DNA of 58,443 nucleotides from a virus (lineage: Duplodnaviria > Caudoviricetes). The stretch is taken from the IMG/VR virus record IMGVR_UViG_3300020151_000200, positions 1 to 58,443 of that record. One strand, given 5' to 3'. A program made the position numbers and the translations under genes. Under the pieces are notes generated by a model that saw only the letters and a list, made by a program, of their open reading frames with translations, had not been told where the DNA came from and searched no databases. This document shows positions 17,969-28,900 of the stretch, piece by piece (the first letter of the stretch is position 1; every line of letters starts with the position of its first letter).

Positions 17969-20377
17969 ATGAATATATACACAAATCCAAATAGCGCTTT
18001 CCCTAGTCAGGTTGTAGATGATGCTACTAAGGCTTCCGAAGAATATGGATTACAGGTATCTCGAGCTATAGAACAGGAATGGTTTAATCAAGGGAGGACT
18101 AGCGGTAATAGGTATTTAACACATTGGAATAATTTTAATAGATTAAGACTATACGCAAGAGGAGAACAATCCGTACAAAAATATAAAGATGAGTTATCAA
18201 TTAATGGTGATTTATCTTATTTGAATTTAGACTGGACACCAGTGCCTATATTATCAAAGTTTGTTGATATAGTTTCTAATGGCATTTCACAAAAAACCTA
18301 TGATGTAAAAGCATTTGCACAAGATCCAGATTCTTTAAAAAAGAGAATGGATTATGCCTCAGCTGTAAAATTTGATATGTTTGCCAAGTCAGATATTCAA
18401 GACACTATGGAGGTTACGGGTATTGATATATCAAAATCAAATATCCCTCCAATGGATTTGCCAGCCACCTTGGACGAATTAGAATTACATATGCAACTTT
18501 CTTATAAGCAATCTATTGAGATTGCAGAAGAGGAGGCAATAAATACAGTATTAAAAACTAATAAATACGATCTTACTAGAAAAAGATTAAATTACGATTT
18601 AACAACTATAGGGATTGCCGCAGTTAAAACATCGTTTAATAAATCAGAAGGAATTGTTGTTGATTATGTAGATCCTGCTTATTTGGTTTATTCATATACA
18701 GAAGACCCTAACTTTGAAGATATTTATTATGTTGGCGAAGTTAAAGCGGTAACAATACCAGAATTAAAAAAAGAATTCCCATATATATCGGAGGATGAAC
18801 TTCTCAAGATACAACAAATGCCTGGTAATAGACAATATATTCAGGGATGGGGTAATTATGATGAGAATACAGTGCAAGTATTATATTTTGAGTATAAAAC
18901 TTATATGAATCAAGTATTCAAAATAAAACAAGGTGATAATGGATTAGAGAAGGTTATTCAAAAAACCGATTCTTTTAACCCCCCACCAAATGATAACTTT
19001 GAAAAAGTATCAAGAACAATAGAGGTATTATATACTGGTGCTAAAATTATAGGTACTAATATGATGTTAGAATGGAAGTTATCAAATGATATGACACGTC
19101 CATATGCAGATACAGCAAGAGTTAAAATGAATTATAACATAGTTGCTCCTAGAATGTACAAAGGTAGAATTGATTCAATTGTTACTAAATGTATTTCTTT
19201 TGCAGATATGATTCAACTGACTCACCTAAAACTTCAACAAGTTATGGCAAGAGTAGTGCCAGATGGTGTATTCTTAGATGTAGATGGTTTGATGGAAGTT
19301 GATTTGGGTAATGGAACAAAATACAATCCGGCGGAAGCATTAAATATGTATTTCCAAACTGGTAGTATCGTAGGTAGATCTTTGACTCAGGACGGCGATA
19401 TAAATAGAGGCAAAGTGCCTATTCAGGAATTAACAACATCTAGTGGTCAGGGTAAAATACAAAGTTTAATACAAACTTATCAGTATTACTTGCAAATGAT
19501 TAGAGATGTGACGGGGCTTAATGAAGCTGTTGATGGCAGTAAACCAGATTCTAATGCTTTAGTAGGATTACAGAAAATAGCTGCAAATGCCTCTAATGTA
19601 GCAACCCGCCATATAAAAGATGCAAGTATATATTTAACTACTAGAATTTGTGAAAATATATCTTTAAGAATAGCAGATTGTTTAAATAATCCATTAACAG
19701 CAAACTCATTAAAACAAAGTATATCAACTTATAATGTTGATGTTTTAAAAGAAATGGAAAAACTAAATCTACACGACTTTGGTATTTTTTTAGAAATTGA
19801 ACCAGATGAAGAAGAAAAACAACAACTAGAACAAAATATACAAGTTTCTTTACAAAACCAAGGAATTGATTTAGAAGACGCGATTGATATAAGACAAGTT
19901 AGAAATCTTAAATTAGCAAATCAGTTATTAAAGTTAAAAAGAAAAAGAAAGCAAGCTCAAGTACAAGAGCAACAGTTAGCAAATATACAAGCACAAGCAG
20001 ATGCTAATTCCCAAAATGCTGAGAAAGCCGCAATGTTTGAAGTACAAAAACAAGAGGCTTTAGCTCAGACACAAATACAAATAGCACAGACTAAATCTCA
20101 ACTTGAAATGCAAAGACTGCAAACTGAGGGGCAAATTAAAAAACAATTAATGGCAGAACAGTTTAATTATGATATGCAATTAGCACAATTAAAGGTTCAA
20201 GCAGAAACAACTAAGTTCAATCAGTTAGAAGATAGAAAAGATGAAAGAACTAAGATACAAGCTACACAGCAATCAGAATTAATAGATCAGCGCAAGAACG
20301 ATTCTTTACCAAAGGATTTTCAAAGTAACGCGCAAAATTTAATGGAAGATTTAGGAGGCATGTTACAAATGGAATAA
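17969..20377 (+). CDS. Portal protein
   Basis: 802 aa directly after TerL. Helical, IRDVTGLNEA motif, Gln-rich C-terminal coiled coil. Confidence 0.85.
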   Translation: MNIYTNPNSAFPSQVVDDATKASEEYGLQVSRAIEQEWFNQGRTSGNRYLTHWNNFNRLRLYARGEQSVQKYKDELSINGDLSYLNLDWTPVPILSKFVDIVSNGISQKTYDVKAFAQDPDSLKKRMDYASAVKFDMFAKSDIQDTMEVTGIDISKSNIPPMDLPATLDELELHMQLSYKQSIEIAEEEAINTVLKTNKYDLTRKRLNYDLTTIGIAAVKTSFNKSEGIVVDYVDPAYLVYSYTEDPNFEDIYYVGEVKAVTIPELKKEFPYISEDELLKIQQMPGNRQYIQGWGNYDENTVQVLYFEYKTYMNQVFKIKQGDNGLEKVIQKTDSFNPPPNDNFEKVSRTIEVLYTGAKIIGTNMMLEWKLSNDMTRPYADTARVKMNYNIVAPRMYKGRIDSIVTKCISFADMIQLTHLKLQQVMARVVPDGVFLDVDGLMEVDLGNGTKYNPAEALNMYFQTGSIVGRSLTQDGDINRGKVPIQELTTSSGQGKIQSLIQTYQYYLQMIRDVTGLNEAVDGSKPDSNALVGLQKIAANASNVATRHIKDASIYLTTRICENISLRIADCLNNPLTANSLKQSISTYNVDVLKEMEKLNLHDFGIFLEIEPDEEEKQQLEQNIQVSLQNQGIDLEDAIDIRQVRNLKLANQLLKLKRKRKQAQVQEQQLANIQAQADANSQNAEKAAMFEVQKQEALAQTQIQIAQTKSQLEMQRLQTEGQIKKQLMAEQFNYDMQLAQLKVQAETTKFNQLEDRKDERTKIQATQQSELIDQRKNDSLPKDFQSNAQNLMEDLGGMLQME

Positions 20378-20407
20378 ACTTATTAACCAATTTTATATTA
20401 TCATATT

Positions 20408-21580
20408 ATGTCACAAGAAGTAAAACAAGAAGGAGAATTTAAAATAAAAGCAAAGAAACCTTCGGTAAAAAAACTAACCAAAACAGATGAACCTATTAAG
20501 GTTGATTTAACACAGAAGCAAGAGGATCCAATAAAAGTAGTAATCCCTAAAGAAGAAACAAATGCCATTCAAGAGCAAGGAACAAATGAAAGCGTGTTAC
20601 GCGATAAACAGCCCGAAATGGGATTGCAAGAAGTGGTCGAAGGAAACCAAGGGGCCACTGAAAATGTTATTGAAGAAATCTTTGAACAAGAAATAAAACA
20701 AGAAGTTGCAGATATTAAAGAAGAACTGCAATTTCATACTCAAGAGCAAACAAAGAATAATACAGAACTACCAGAAAATATAGAGAAGTTAGTTTCTTTT
20801 ATGCAGGAAACTGGTGGAACAATTGAAGACTATGTTAGGTTAAATGCTGATTATTCAAATATAAATAATGTTGCTCTATTAAAAGAATACTATAAGAGTA
20901 CCAAACCGCATTTAGATGCTGAGGAAGTAGAATTTTTATTGGAAGATAAATTCTTTTTTGATGAGGACATTGACGACGAAAGAGAAATCAAGTTAAAGAA
21001 ATTAGCATTTAAAGATGAGATTTCTAAAGCTAGGAATTTTTTAGAAGAAGCAAAGAAAAAATATTATGCAGAAATTAAGGCAAGGCCTGGAGTTAATGCA
21101 GAACAACAAAAAGCTGTTGATTTTTTTAACAGATATAATAACGAGCAAAACAAAGTGGCTCAACAACAAGATGCGTTTAAAAAACAAACATCTAGTCTTT
21201 TCAACAATGAATTCAAAGGTTTTGAATACAACTTAGGAGAAAAAAGATTTAGATACAATGTTCAAAATCCAAATCAAGTTGCCGAAACTCAATCAAATAT
21301 ACAAACCTTCATCGGAAAGTTTCTGGATAAAGAGGGTAATGTAACGGATGTGCCGGGTTATCATAAGGCTTTGTATTCAGCAATGAATGCTGACAAAATT
21401 GCTGCTCATTTTTATGAACAAGGGAAAGCTGATGCTGTTAAACAAGTTGTTAGTAATTCCAAAAATCCAAGTATGGATGCTCCTAGAACTGCTAGTGAGC
21501 CATTCATTAACGGATTTAGAGTCAAATCTATAAGCGGTCAGGATTCCTCAAAACTAAGGATCCAAACAAAAAAATTTTAA
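20408..21580 (+). CDS. Putative capsid scaffolding protein
   Basis: Acidic E/K-rich 390-aa protein between portal and capsid; HFYEQGKADA motif. Confidence 0.65.
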   Translation: MSQEVKQEGEFKIKAKKPSVKKLTKTDEPIKVDLTQKQEDPIKVVIPKEETNAIQEQGTNESVLRDKQPEMGLQEVVEGNQGATENVIEEIFEQEIKQEVADIKEELQFHTQEQTKNNTELPENIEKLVSFMQETGGTIEDYVRLNADYSNINNVALLKEYYKSTKPHLDAEEVEFLLEDKFFFDEDIDDEREIKLKKLAFKDEISKARNFLEEAKKKYYAEIKARPGVNAEQQKAVDFFNRYNNEQNKVAQQQDAFKKQTSSLFNNEFKGFEYNLGEKRFRYNVQNPNQVAETQSNIQTFIGKFLDKEGNVTDVPGYHKALYSAMNADKIAAHFYEQGKADAVKQVVSNSKNPSMDAPRTASEPFINGFRVKSISGQDSSKLRIQTKKF

Positions 21581-21600
21581 CAATTAAAAATTAAACGATT

Positions 21601-23076
21601 ATGTCAAACATGATTAACTCGGTTACTGGAACTAATTTTGGTTCTATTAAACCGTCACAAAAACAGCAAGCGTTAGAAACAAACTACTTAAACTTTACAG
21701 ATGGTAGTGGTAATGACTTTGCGCAACAATATTTACCAGAAATCTACGAGCAAGAAATTGAGCGTTATGGTAATAGAACTTTATCTGGTTTCTTACGTAT
21801 GGTAGGAGCTGAGATGCCAATGTCTTCTGATCAAGTTGTTTGGTCTGAACAAAACAGATTGCATATTGCTTATACTAATGTATCTTGTGCTACTGCAACT
21901 ACTTTAACATTTGCGGTAGGAGGTACTGGTATTAACTTTGTTCAAAACGTTATTTCTGCAGGTCAAACTTTAGTAGTTATGGATCCTGCAACTGGAAAAG
22001 AATTAAAAGTTCTTGTTAATGCTTCTACTACAGCGGGTGGAACAGCAACTGTTACAGTTTATCCTTATACTCAAGCTAGCTTAACTTCTGGAAGTGTTTT
22101 ATTTCCAGTAACGGCAGCTCCTAACGGAACTCTTAAAATATTTGTTTATGGTTCTGAATTTATAAAAGGAAGTACAGATTCTTCTTTAAAATCGGTTACG
22201 CCTTCATTTACTCAATACAGTAATTCACCAATTATTGTTAGAGAAAAATATGAAATCAATGGGTCTGATACCGCGCAAATTGGATGGGTAGAAGTTGCTA
22301 CTGAGGATGGTGCGTCTGGATACTTATGGTATTTAAAAGCAGAATCTGAAACAAGATTACGTTTTGAAGATTACTTAGAGATGAGTGTAATTGAAGGAGA
22401 ATTATCAGCGGCTAGTTCAGGTGTATCGACTTTAACTCCTGCTACAGGTGTTACTTACAAAGGTACGCAAGGTCTTTTCTCTGCCGTTAGAGACAGAGGT
22501 AATATTGTAAATAACTTTACAGCAGCTTCAGGTCTTAATGATTTTGATTCAATCTTAAAAGGGTTGGATACTCAGGGAGCTATTGAAGAGAACATGTTAT
22601 TCTTAAACCGCGCAACCTCTCTTGACTTTGATGATATGCTTGCTTCATTATCTTCCGGTGCAGCTGGAGGTGTAGCTTATGGTTTATTTGAAAACTCTGA
22701 GCAAATGGCATTGAATTTAGGATTCTCTGGTTTCCGTCGTGGATCTTATGATTTCTACAAAACTGACTGGAAATACTTAAATGATGCATCTACTCGTGGG
22801 GGTATGAATACCACGTCTATTGATGGATTACTTGTTCCTGCTGGTACATCAACTGTATACGATCAACAATTAGGTACTAATATCCGTAGACCATTCTTAC
22901 ACGTTCGTTATAGAGCTAACCAAGCTGACGATAGAAGAATGAAAACTTGGATTACTGGATCTGTTGGAGGCGCTTATACTTCTGATCTTGATGCAATGCA
23001 GGTACACTTCTTATCTGAAAGATGTTTAGTTACTCAAGGAGCTAATAACTTTGTGTTATTTACCGCTTCTACATAA
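21601..23076 (+). CDS. Major capsid protein
   Basis: 491 aa in the expected position, strong codon bias, followed by a terminator; WSEQNRLH, TQGLF and FLSERCL motifs. Confidence 0.85.
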   Translation: MSNMINSVTGTNFGSIKPSQKQQALETNYLNFTDGSGNDFAQQYLPEIYEQEIERYGNRTLSGFLRMVGAEMPMSSDQVVWSEQNRLHIAYTNVSCATATTLTFAVGGTGINFVQNVISAGQTLVVMDPATGKELKVLVNASTTAGGTATVTVYPYTQASLTSGSVLFPVTAAPNGTLKIFVYGSEFIKGSTDSSLKSVTPSFTQYSNSPIIVREKYEINGSDTAQIGWVEVATEDGASGYLWYLKAESETRLRFEDYLEMSVIEGELSAASSGVSTLTPATGVTYKGTQGLFSAVRDRGNIVNNFTAASGLNDFDSILKGLDTQGAIEENMLFLNRATSLDFDDMLASLSSGAAGGVAYGLFENSEQMALNLGFSGFRRGSYDFYKTDWKYLNDASTRGGMNTTSIDGLLVPAGTSTVYDQQLGTNIRRPFLHVRYRANQADDRRMKTWITGSVGGAYTSDLDAMQVHFLSERCLVTQGANNFVLFTAST

Positions 23077-23083
23077 CAATCAT

Positions 23084-23129
23084 GGTGATATTACCCCTGT
23101 TGAATTTGCAGGGGTAATTATTACCTTTT
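23084..23129 (+). terminator. Rho-independent terminator after the capsid gene
   Basis: Stem ATTACCCCTG / CAGGGGTAAT with outer pairing, followed by TTTT. Confidence 0.8.
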
Positions 23130-23155
23130 AAAAATTTATTAAATTATATTATATT

Positions 23156-24007
23156 ATGGCAACAAAACAAACGACAAAAAAAGAATTAGAATCAAATGAA
23201 TTTAATATGGATACAATTACTGTAGAAGAAACAATTGTACCTAAAGAAACAAAACCAAAAACATTAAAAGATACTTGGGTAATAAAGGACAGAACTTATA
23301 TTATAGCTGATGGTTATTCTCCTTTAACTTATACTTTACAAAGTAGGCATTCACTGAGGTATCCTTTATTATGGTTTAATAAAGAAACAGGAGAGCAAGA
23401 AGAATTAAGATATGCGACTAATCAAAACTCCCCATTAGTGTCGCAACAAAAAGGGGCTGCGACTTTAGGCCATATTGTATTTGACAATGGAATATTAAAT
23501 GTACCCAAAGAAAAGCAAAACCTACAAAAATTATTATCAATTTATCACCCTGGATTAAATGTTAAATATACGGAATTTGATCCAACATTAGAAGCTGAAG
23601 ATGAATTAGAAGATATTGAATTAGAAGTATTAGCATTAAATGCTGCTTTAGAGATGGATATTGATCAAGCAGAATCTATTGTTAGGGTAGAGGTTGGATC
23701 TAGAGTGAATAAGATGAGCTCTAAAGAAATAAAAAGAGACTTGTTATTACTAGCAAGAAACAATCCTTCTTTGTTTATAGAACTAGCAAATGATGATAAT
23801 GTACAGCTTAGAAATATAGCTATTAGAGCTGTTGAAGCAAGTATAATAAAATTATCACCGGACAATAGAACATTCCATTGGGGTGAAAATAATAGAAAGT
23901 TAATGACAGTGCCTTTTGATGAAAATCCATACTCAGCTATGGCAGCATTCTTCAAAACAGATGAAGGTATAGAAATCTTTAAGTCTATAGAGAAAAAATT
24001 AAAATAA
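23156..24007 (+). CDS. Conserved protein downstream of the capsid gene
   Basis: 283 aa, ELRYATNQ motif; synteny with crAss-like head modules. Confidence 0.7.
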   Translation: MATKQTTKKELESNEFNMDTITVEETIVPKETKPKTLKDTWVIKDRTYIIADGYSPLTYTLQSRHSLRYPLLWFNKETGEQEELRYATNQNSPLVSQQKGAATLGHIVFDNGILNVPKEKQNLQKLLSIYHPGLNVKYTEFDPTLEAEDELEDIELEVLALNAALEMDIDQAESIVRVEVGSRVNKMSSKEIKRDLLLLARNNPSLFIELANDDNVQLRNIAIRAVEASIIKLSPDNRTFHWGENNRKLMTVPFDENPYSAMAAFFKTDEGIEIFKSIEKKLK

Positions 24008-24009
24008 TA

Positions 24010-24049
24010 CGTAATATTAATATATAGGCGGTGGCTTTGGTTACCGCCT
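24010..24049 (+). promoter_or_regulatory. Late-type promoter element followed by a GC hairpin
   Basis: CGTAATATTAATA at 24010-24022; stem AGGCGGTGGC-TTTG-GTTACCGCCT at 24026-24049. Confidence 0.55.
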
Positions 24050-24072
24050 TAATATTATAATAAATATACAGT

Positions 24073-24771
24073 ATGGCGGTAAATGTAAATACGGTTTATA
24101 GAACCGTTTTATTAATTATTAATAAAGAACAAAGAGGATATTTAACTCCAGATGAATTCAATAAAACAGCGACTCAAGTACAGCTTGAAATATTTAATGA
24201 ATATTTCGACGACCTTAACCAGCAACTCAGAGTGCCTGGTAATGATAGCGAATATAGTGATCGTATAAAGAATTTAGAAGAAAAAATTGCAATATTCCAA
24301 ACATCGGGAGCATGTACCCCCACTACAGGAGGATTTAATATACCTTCACCATCTACATTTTATAAATTAGGAACCGTTTTATATAATGATGAAAAAGAAG
24401 TGCAATATGTTCAACCAAATGAACTATTAGAACTTAATCTTTCACCAATAACAAAGCCATCTAAATATTGGCCTGTTTATACATATAAAAATTTTAAAAT
24501 AACAGTATATCCTGATACTATTACAAATGGTATATCTTGCACATATATAAGAAAACCATTAGATCCAATTTGGAACTTTACTACAGCTCCTCCAGGATAT
24601 CAATATACATATACTTCAACAGGTTCGCAGGATTTTGAATTACATCCAACAGAACAAGTAAATATAATAACTAGAATATTACTTTATTCAGGTATAGTTA
24701 TTAAAGACCCATTAATAATACAAGCCGCCGCACAACAAGTGCAGACGGAAAATATTAATTCAAAAAGTTAA
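24073..24771 (+). CDS. Head-tail connector or tail ring protein
   Basis: NKEQRGYLTPDEFN...Q motif and YIRKP; typical position. Confidence 0.7.
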   Translation: MAVNVNTVYRTVLLIINKEQRGYLTPDEFNKTATQVQLEIFNEYFDDLNQQLRVPGNDSEYSDRIKNLEEKIAIFQTSGACTPTTGGFNIPSPSTFYKLGTVLYNDEKEVQYVQPNELLELNLSPITKPSKYWPVYTYKNFKITVYPDTITNGISCTYIRKPLDPIWNFTTAPPGYQYTYTSTGSQDFELHPTEQVNIITRILLYSGIVIKDPLIIQAAAQQVQTENINSKS

Positions 24772-24777
24772 TAAAAA

Positions 24778-25995
24778 ATGCCTACACCTAATAATGGTTT
24801 AATTACCGAAACAAATAGACAGTACTACGAAGGAGCACAAGGCTTTATAACTGTAGACAGCGCTACTGAATATACTACTACTTTTAATACTAGTTTAGTT
24901 TTTGGCAGTTGGGATCCAACGGATATAAATTATGCTTTAAATAATTTTAAATTATATACTAGTCCAACAGGATTGCCTGGGACTTTCGTGGAATACACAT
25001 CGTCTTATAACGTCATTAATAATGTAATTATATTTTCATTCGCTCCGGTTGATGGAACTTATATAGTTGTTCAATTAAAAATATTAGACGGCGGTAATTA
25101 TGGCGATAAAGACGCTTTCGGCACCGCTGTAGAGGAAAACTATGGTAGTTACTCTTATATCTCCTTAAATGATATTATAAACAACTTTATGGTTGCTTAT
25201 GTAGGTACAGGCAAATTAATTGGTGCTGCAAAAAGAACTGATGTTATATTCCATGCAAAACGTGGAATGCAGGAATTTAGTTATGATACATTAAAAAGTA
25301 TTAAATCCCAAGAATTAAATATACCACATAGTTTAAGTGTAGTAATACCTCAAGACTATGTTAACTATGTAAAAATGTCATGGATAGACCATCATGGCAT
25401 TAAGCATCCTATATACCCCGTTAATGCTTTAACTACAAATCCATATGAAAATCCAATACAAGATCAAAGAGGAATACCAATACAGGATAACTTTGACGCA
25501 AATATAGAAGGGGACTCTTTAACAGAGGAAAGATGGAATAGAAACAATATACTTCAAGATATTAACGAGGTTGACAACATAGGTAACGATTGGTACAATG
25601 ATGACAATTGGGTTATGGATAGATTCTATGGTAGATTATTTGGAATGGATCCTCAATATGCTAATATAAACGGGTATTTTTCTATAAATGATAGAGAAAA
25701 TAAAATATCTTTTAGCAGCAACTTAGTAGGCAAATTAATCGTATTAGAGTATATATCAGATGGTTTAGCTTATGATTTAGATTCTAGAATACCGAAAATG
25801 GCGGAAGACGCTATGTATGCTTATATTTTACATGCTATTATGGCACATCGCTCAACCTCAACAGAATATGTTGTTAGAAGGTTGCAGCAAGATAAATCAG
25901 CAAAATTAAGAAATGCTAAAATAAGACTTTCAAATATTAAATTAGAAGAGATAACCCAAGTATTCAGAGGTAAATCTAAATGGATTAAACACTAA
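24778..25995 (+). CDS. Tail ring or adaptor protein
   Basis: PQDYVNYVKMS, LEYISDG and RNAKIRLS motifs resembling crAss-like ring proteins. Confidence 0.7.
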   Translation: MPTPNNGLITETNRQYYEGAQGFITVDSATEYTTTFNTSLVFGSWDPTDINYALNNFKLYTSPTGLPGTFVEYTSSYNVINNVIIFSFAPVDGTYIVVQLKILDGGNYGDKDAFGTAVEENYGSYSYISLNDIINNFMVAYVGTGKLIGAAKRTDVIFHAKRGMQEFSYDTLKSIKSQELNIPHSLSVVIPQDYVNYVKMSWIDHHGIKHPIYPVNALTTNPYENPIQDQRGIPIQDNFDANIEGDSLTEERWNRNNILQDINEVDNIGNDWYNDDNWVMDRFYGRLFGMDPQYANINGYFSINDRENKISFSSNLVGKLIVLEYISDGLAYDLDSRIPKMAEDAMYAYILHAIMAHRSTSTEYVVRRLQQDKSAKLRNAKIRLSNIKLEEITQVFRGKSKWIKH

Positions 25996-25998
25996 AAA

Positions 25999-28900
25999 AT
26001 GGCGGAATCAAAAAATATTTTTTTAAAGGGTAAAATGAATAAGGATCTTGATAATCGTCTTTTAGGTGAAGGCGAATATCGAGATGCTTTAAATATATCT
26101 GTAGGTAAATCTGAAGACAAAAATGTAGGGTCATTACAAAATATATTAGGCAATGAACTTTTACTAAAGCCAACTTCTGGCGGTAGTGTTCCATTTGAAT
26201 CCAATACTAATTTAGTATGCATAGGATATGTAGTTGATAATGAACGCAATAGAATATTTCAATTTTTAACAGATTATGTTGATACAGCCCCGTCATTAAT
26301 AAATCCACCTGGCGGCGGTGCGGAAATGAAGGTGACTGTTTATGATCCAACTAGTAATGGTAATCCATATTTAACTTTAGTTTCAGGTACATTTTTAAAT
26401 TTTTCAACAACTAATTTAATTACAGGCGTTAACCTAGTAGAAAATTTATTATTCTGGACAGATAATAGAAACCAACCAAGGAAAATAAATGTTGATACAG
26501 CCATATCAAATTCAGTGGAATCTGGCAACCCTTATTATACAAACGCGGAACAAATAGCAGTTGCAAAATACGCACCTTTTAAAGCCCCTTCTTTATATTC
26601 AATATCACCACTAGTGAATGTTGAGTTAGATACTACTAATTCTGTAACAGGTCCTGGTGGTTTTACAGTTATTACTGTCAATAATTCCGATATTACTGCT
26701 TATAATATAGCGGTTGGTGATCAAATAATTAGTCAAGCAGCTTTGCCAGGAGGCATAGGCCAATCAGATAATGTAGTAATTACTAAAATTTTTGATAATG
26801 GAACTACATCTTCTGTATATATAACGGGAGTATGGACCACTATTGAGGATGCTCAATTTTACAAATGTACAATGGGAACCGCCGATACCGTATCAAATAT
26901 TAATGGTAACGATAATTTTTTAGAGGATAAATTTGTAAGATTTAGTTATAGATTTAAATTTGACGATAATGAATATTCATTAATAGCTCCATTTACACAG
27001 CCAACTTTTATACCAAATCAAAAAGGGTATTTTATAAGCGGAGATGAGGACGCAGCATATAGATCAACTGTATTAGAATGGATGGAAAACTCTGTTAATG
27101 AGGTTAAATTAATAATAGAGCTGCCGGATACGGGGGGTAATATAGCTACATCGTATAAAATAAAAAGTATTGATATACTATATAAAGAATCAGATTCATT
27201 AGCAATTAAGGTAGTAGACACAATATTAGTATCTAAATTGCAGCAAGTATCCCCTAATACAAACATATATACATATAAGTATCAATCACAAAAACCAAAG
27301 AAAACATTAGCGGAAAACGAAACCCTTAGAGTATACGATAAAATACCGATAAGAGCATTAGGTCAAGAAAGTGTTGGTAATAGAATTATATATGGCAATT
27401 TTATTAATCAGAATACGCCTCCAGCTACTTTAAATTATAATGTAACCCTAGTTGAAAAGGGTAATGATTATACTCCTTTTGTAAGTTGGATAGAATACCC
27501 TAATCATAATTTAAAACAAAATAGAACATATCAAGTAGGTATTGTTTTAAGTGATAAATTTGGAAGACAATCTTCAGTAATATTATCATCTGCAGCACCA
27601 TATATAGAAAATGCAAATACTGTATACGGAGGATCGTCTGTATTTATACCATATAAAAGTTCAGATTGGTCAACAGACGTTAGAGGTTGGTTTGGTGATG
27701 AACTAGTGGTTGTATTTAACGAAACTATAAATTCAATTAGGAACGAGGGAGCAGGGACACCAGGTTTATATGCCACAGTTTCAGGAATAGTTCCCAATAG
27801 CCAAACCGGATTTGAAATAACTGCTGGAGTTGTTAATAATGCTGGTCCTTATACGTATACATACACATTGCAAACAGCCGCTGGGGCTCAAGTAAATAGG
27901 CCTTTTGCTAGTAAATATTTAAAAGGTAAGTATAAAGACTATGTAAAAGTACTAACTGCCTCGTATAGTCCTATTACCAGCATAGGATCATTGACTGCTG
28001 ATGGAGCTATAAGTGAAATATATAACTTTAATCCGCTTAGTGGGCCATTAACATTTCCTGATATAAAATTTTCATATTCAATAAACGAATTAGGGTGGTA
28101 CTCATATAAGGTAGTTGTAAAACAACAAGAGCAGGACTATTATAATGTTTATGTACCTGGAATGCTAGCTGGTTATCCAACTCAGACTCCGAGTACATTT
28201 CCTACAGGGGAGGATGATACTACGTGTCATTTCGTTTCTATAAATGATAATATAAATAAAGTACCACGAGATTTATCCGAAGTTGGTCCTAATCAAAGGC
28301 AATACAGAAGTAGTGCGCAATTATGGCCAAGAGTTGAAAATATGGTTTCTGCATCAAATAGACAATATTTTCCAGGAACAGTATCTAATGTTGTTAATAC
28401 TATTGCTCCGTCAGATGATTTAAATTTTTTATCAACTGCTAGCACTGCTCCTAATAATCTTTACCAATTTGACACAGATCCATTAATAAACAGAGTATCA
28501 ACATCTAATAGAGTTGGTGTGCTGGCAGGAAGTATGACTCCTTATTTAGGAATATTTGAAACTGACCCTGATACTTCTTTAATAGATTTATTTTGGGAAA
28601 CATCAACTACTGGGTATATTTCAGATTTAAATATAGATGTATTAACTGGATCTGATATTATTGTAAGCTTTTCAGATTTAGATTTTATATATAGAGAAGA
28701 TCAAGATTACCAAGGAAGTGATCCTAATGAAGGCACTCCAACATCACCATTTATAACAGAATGGTTTTATTTTAAGGACGCTTTTGGTGTAGAAGTAACT
28801 AGTATAGATAGTGTTATAATGTCCGTTGTGGACATAAACGATAATATTGTTTCTGATAGATTTGCATTAATAAGAGACACAACCCCACTTAGCCCAACTT

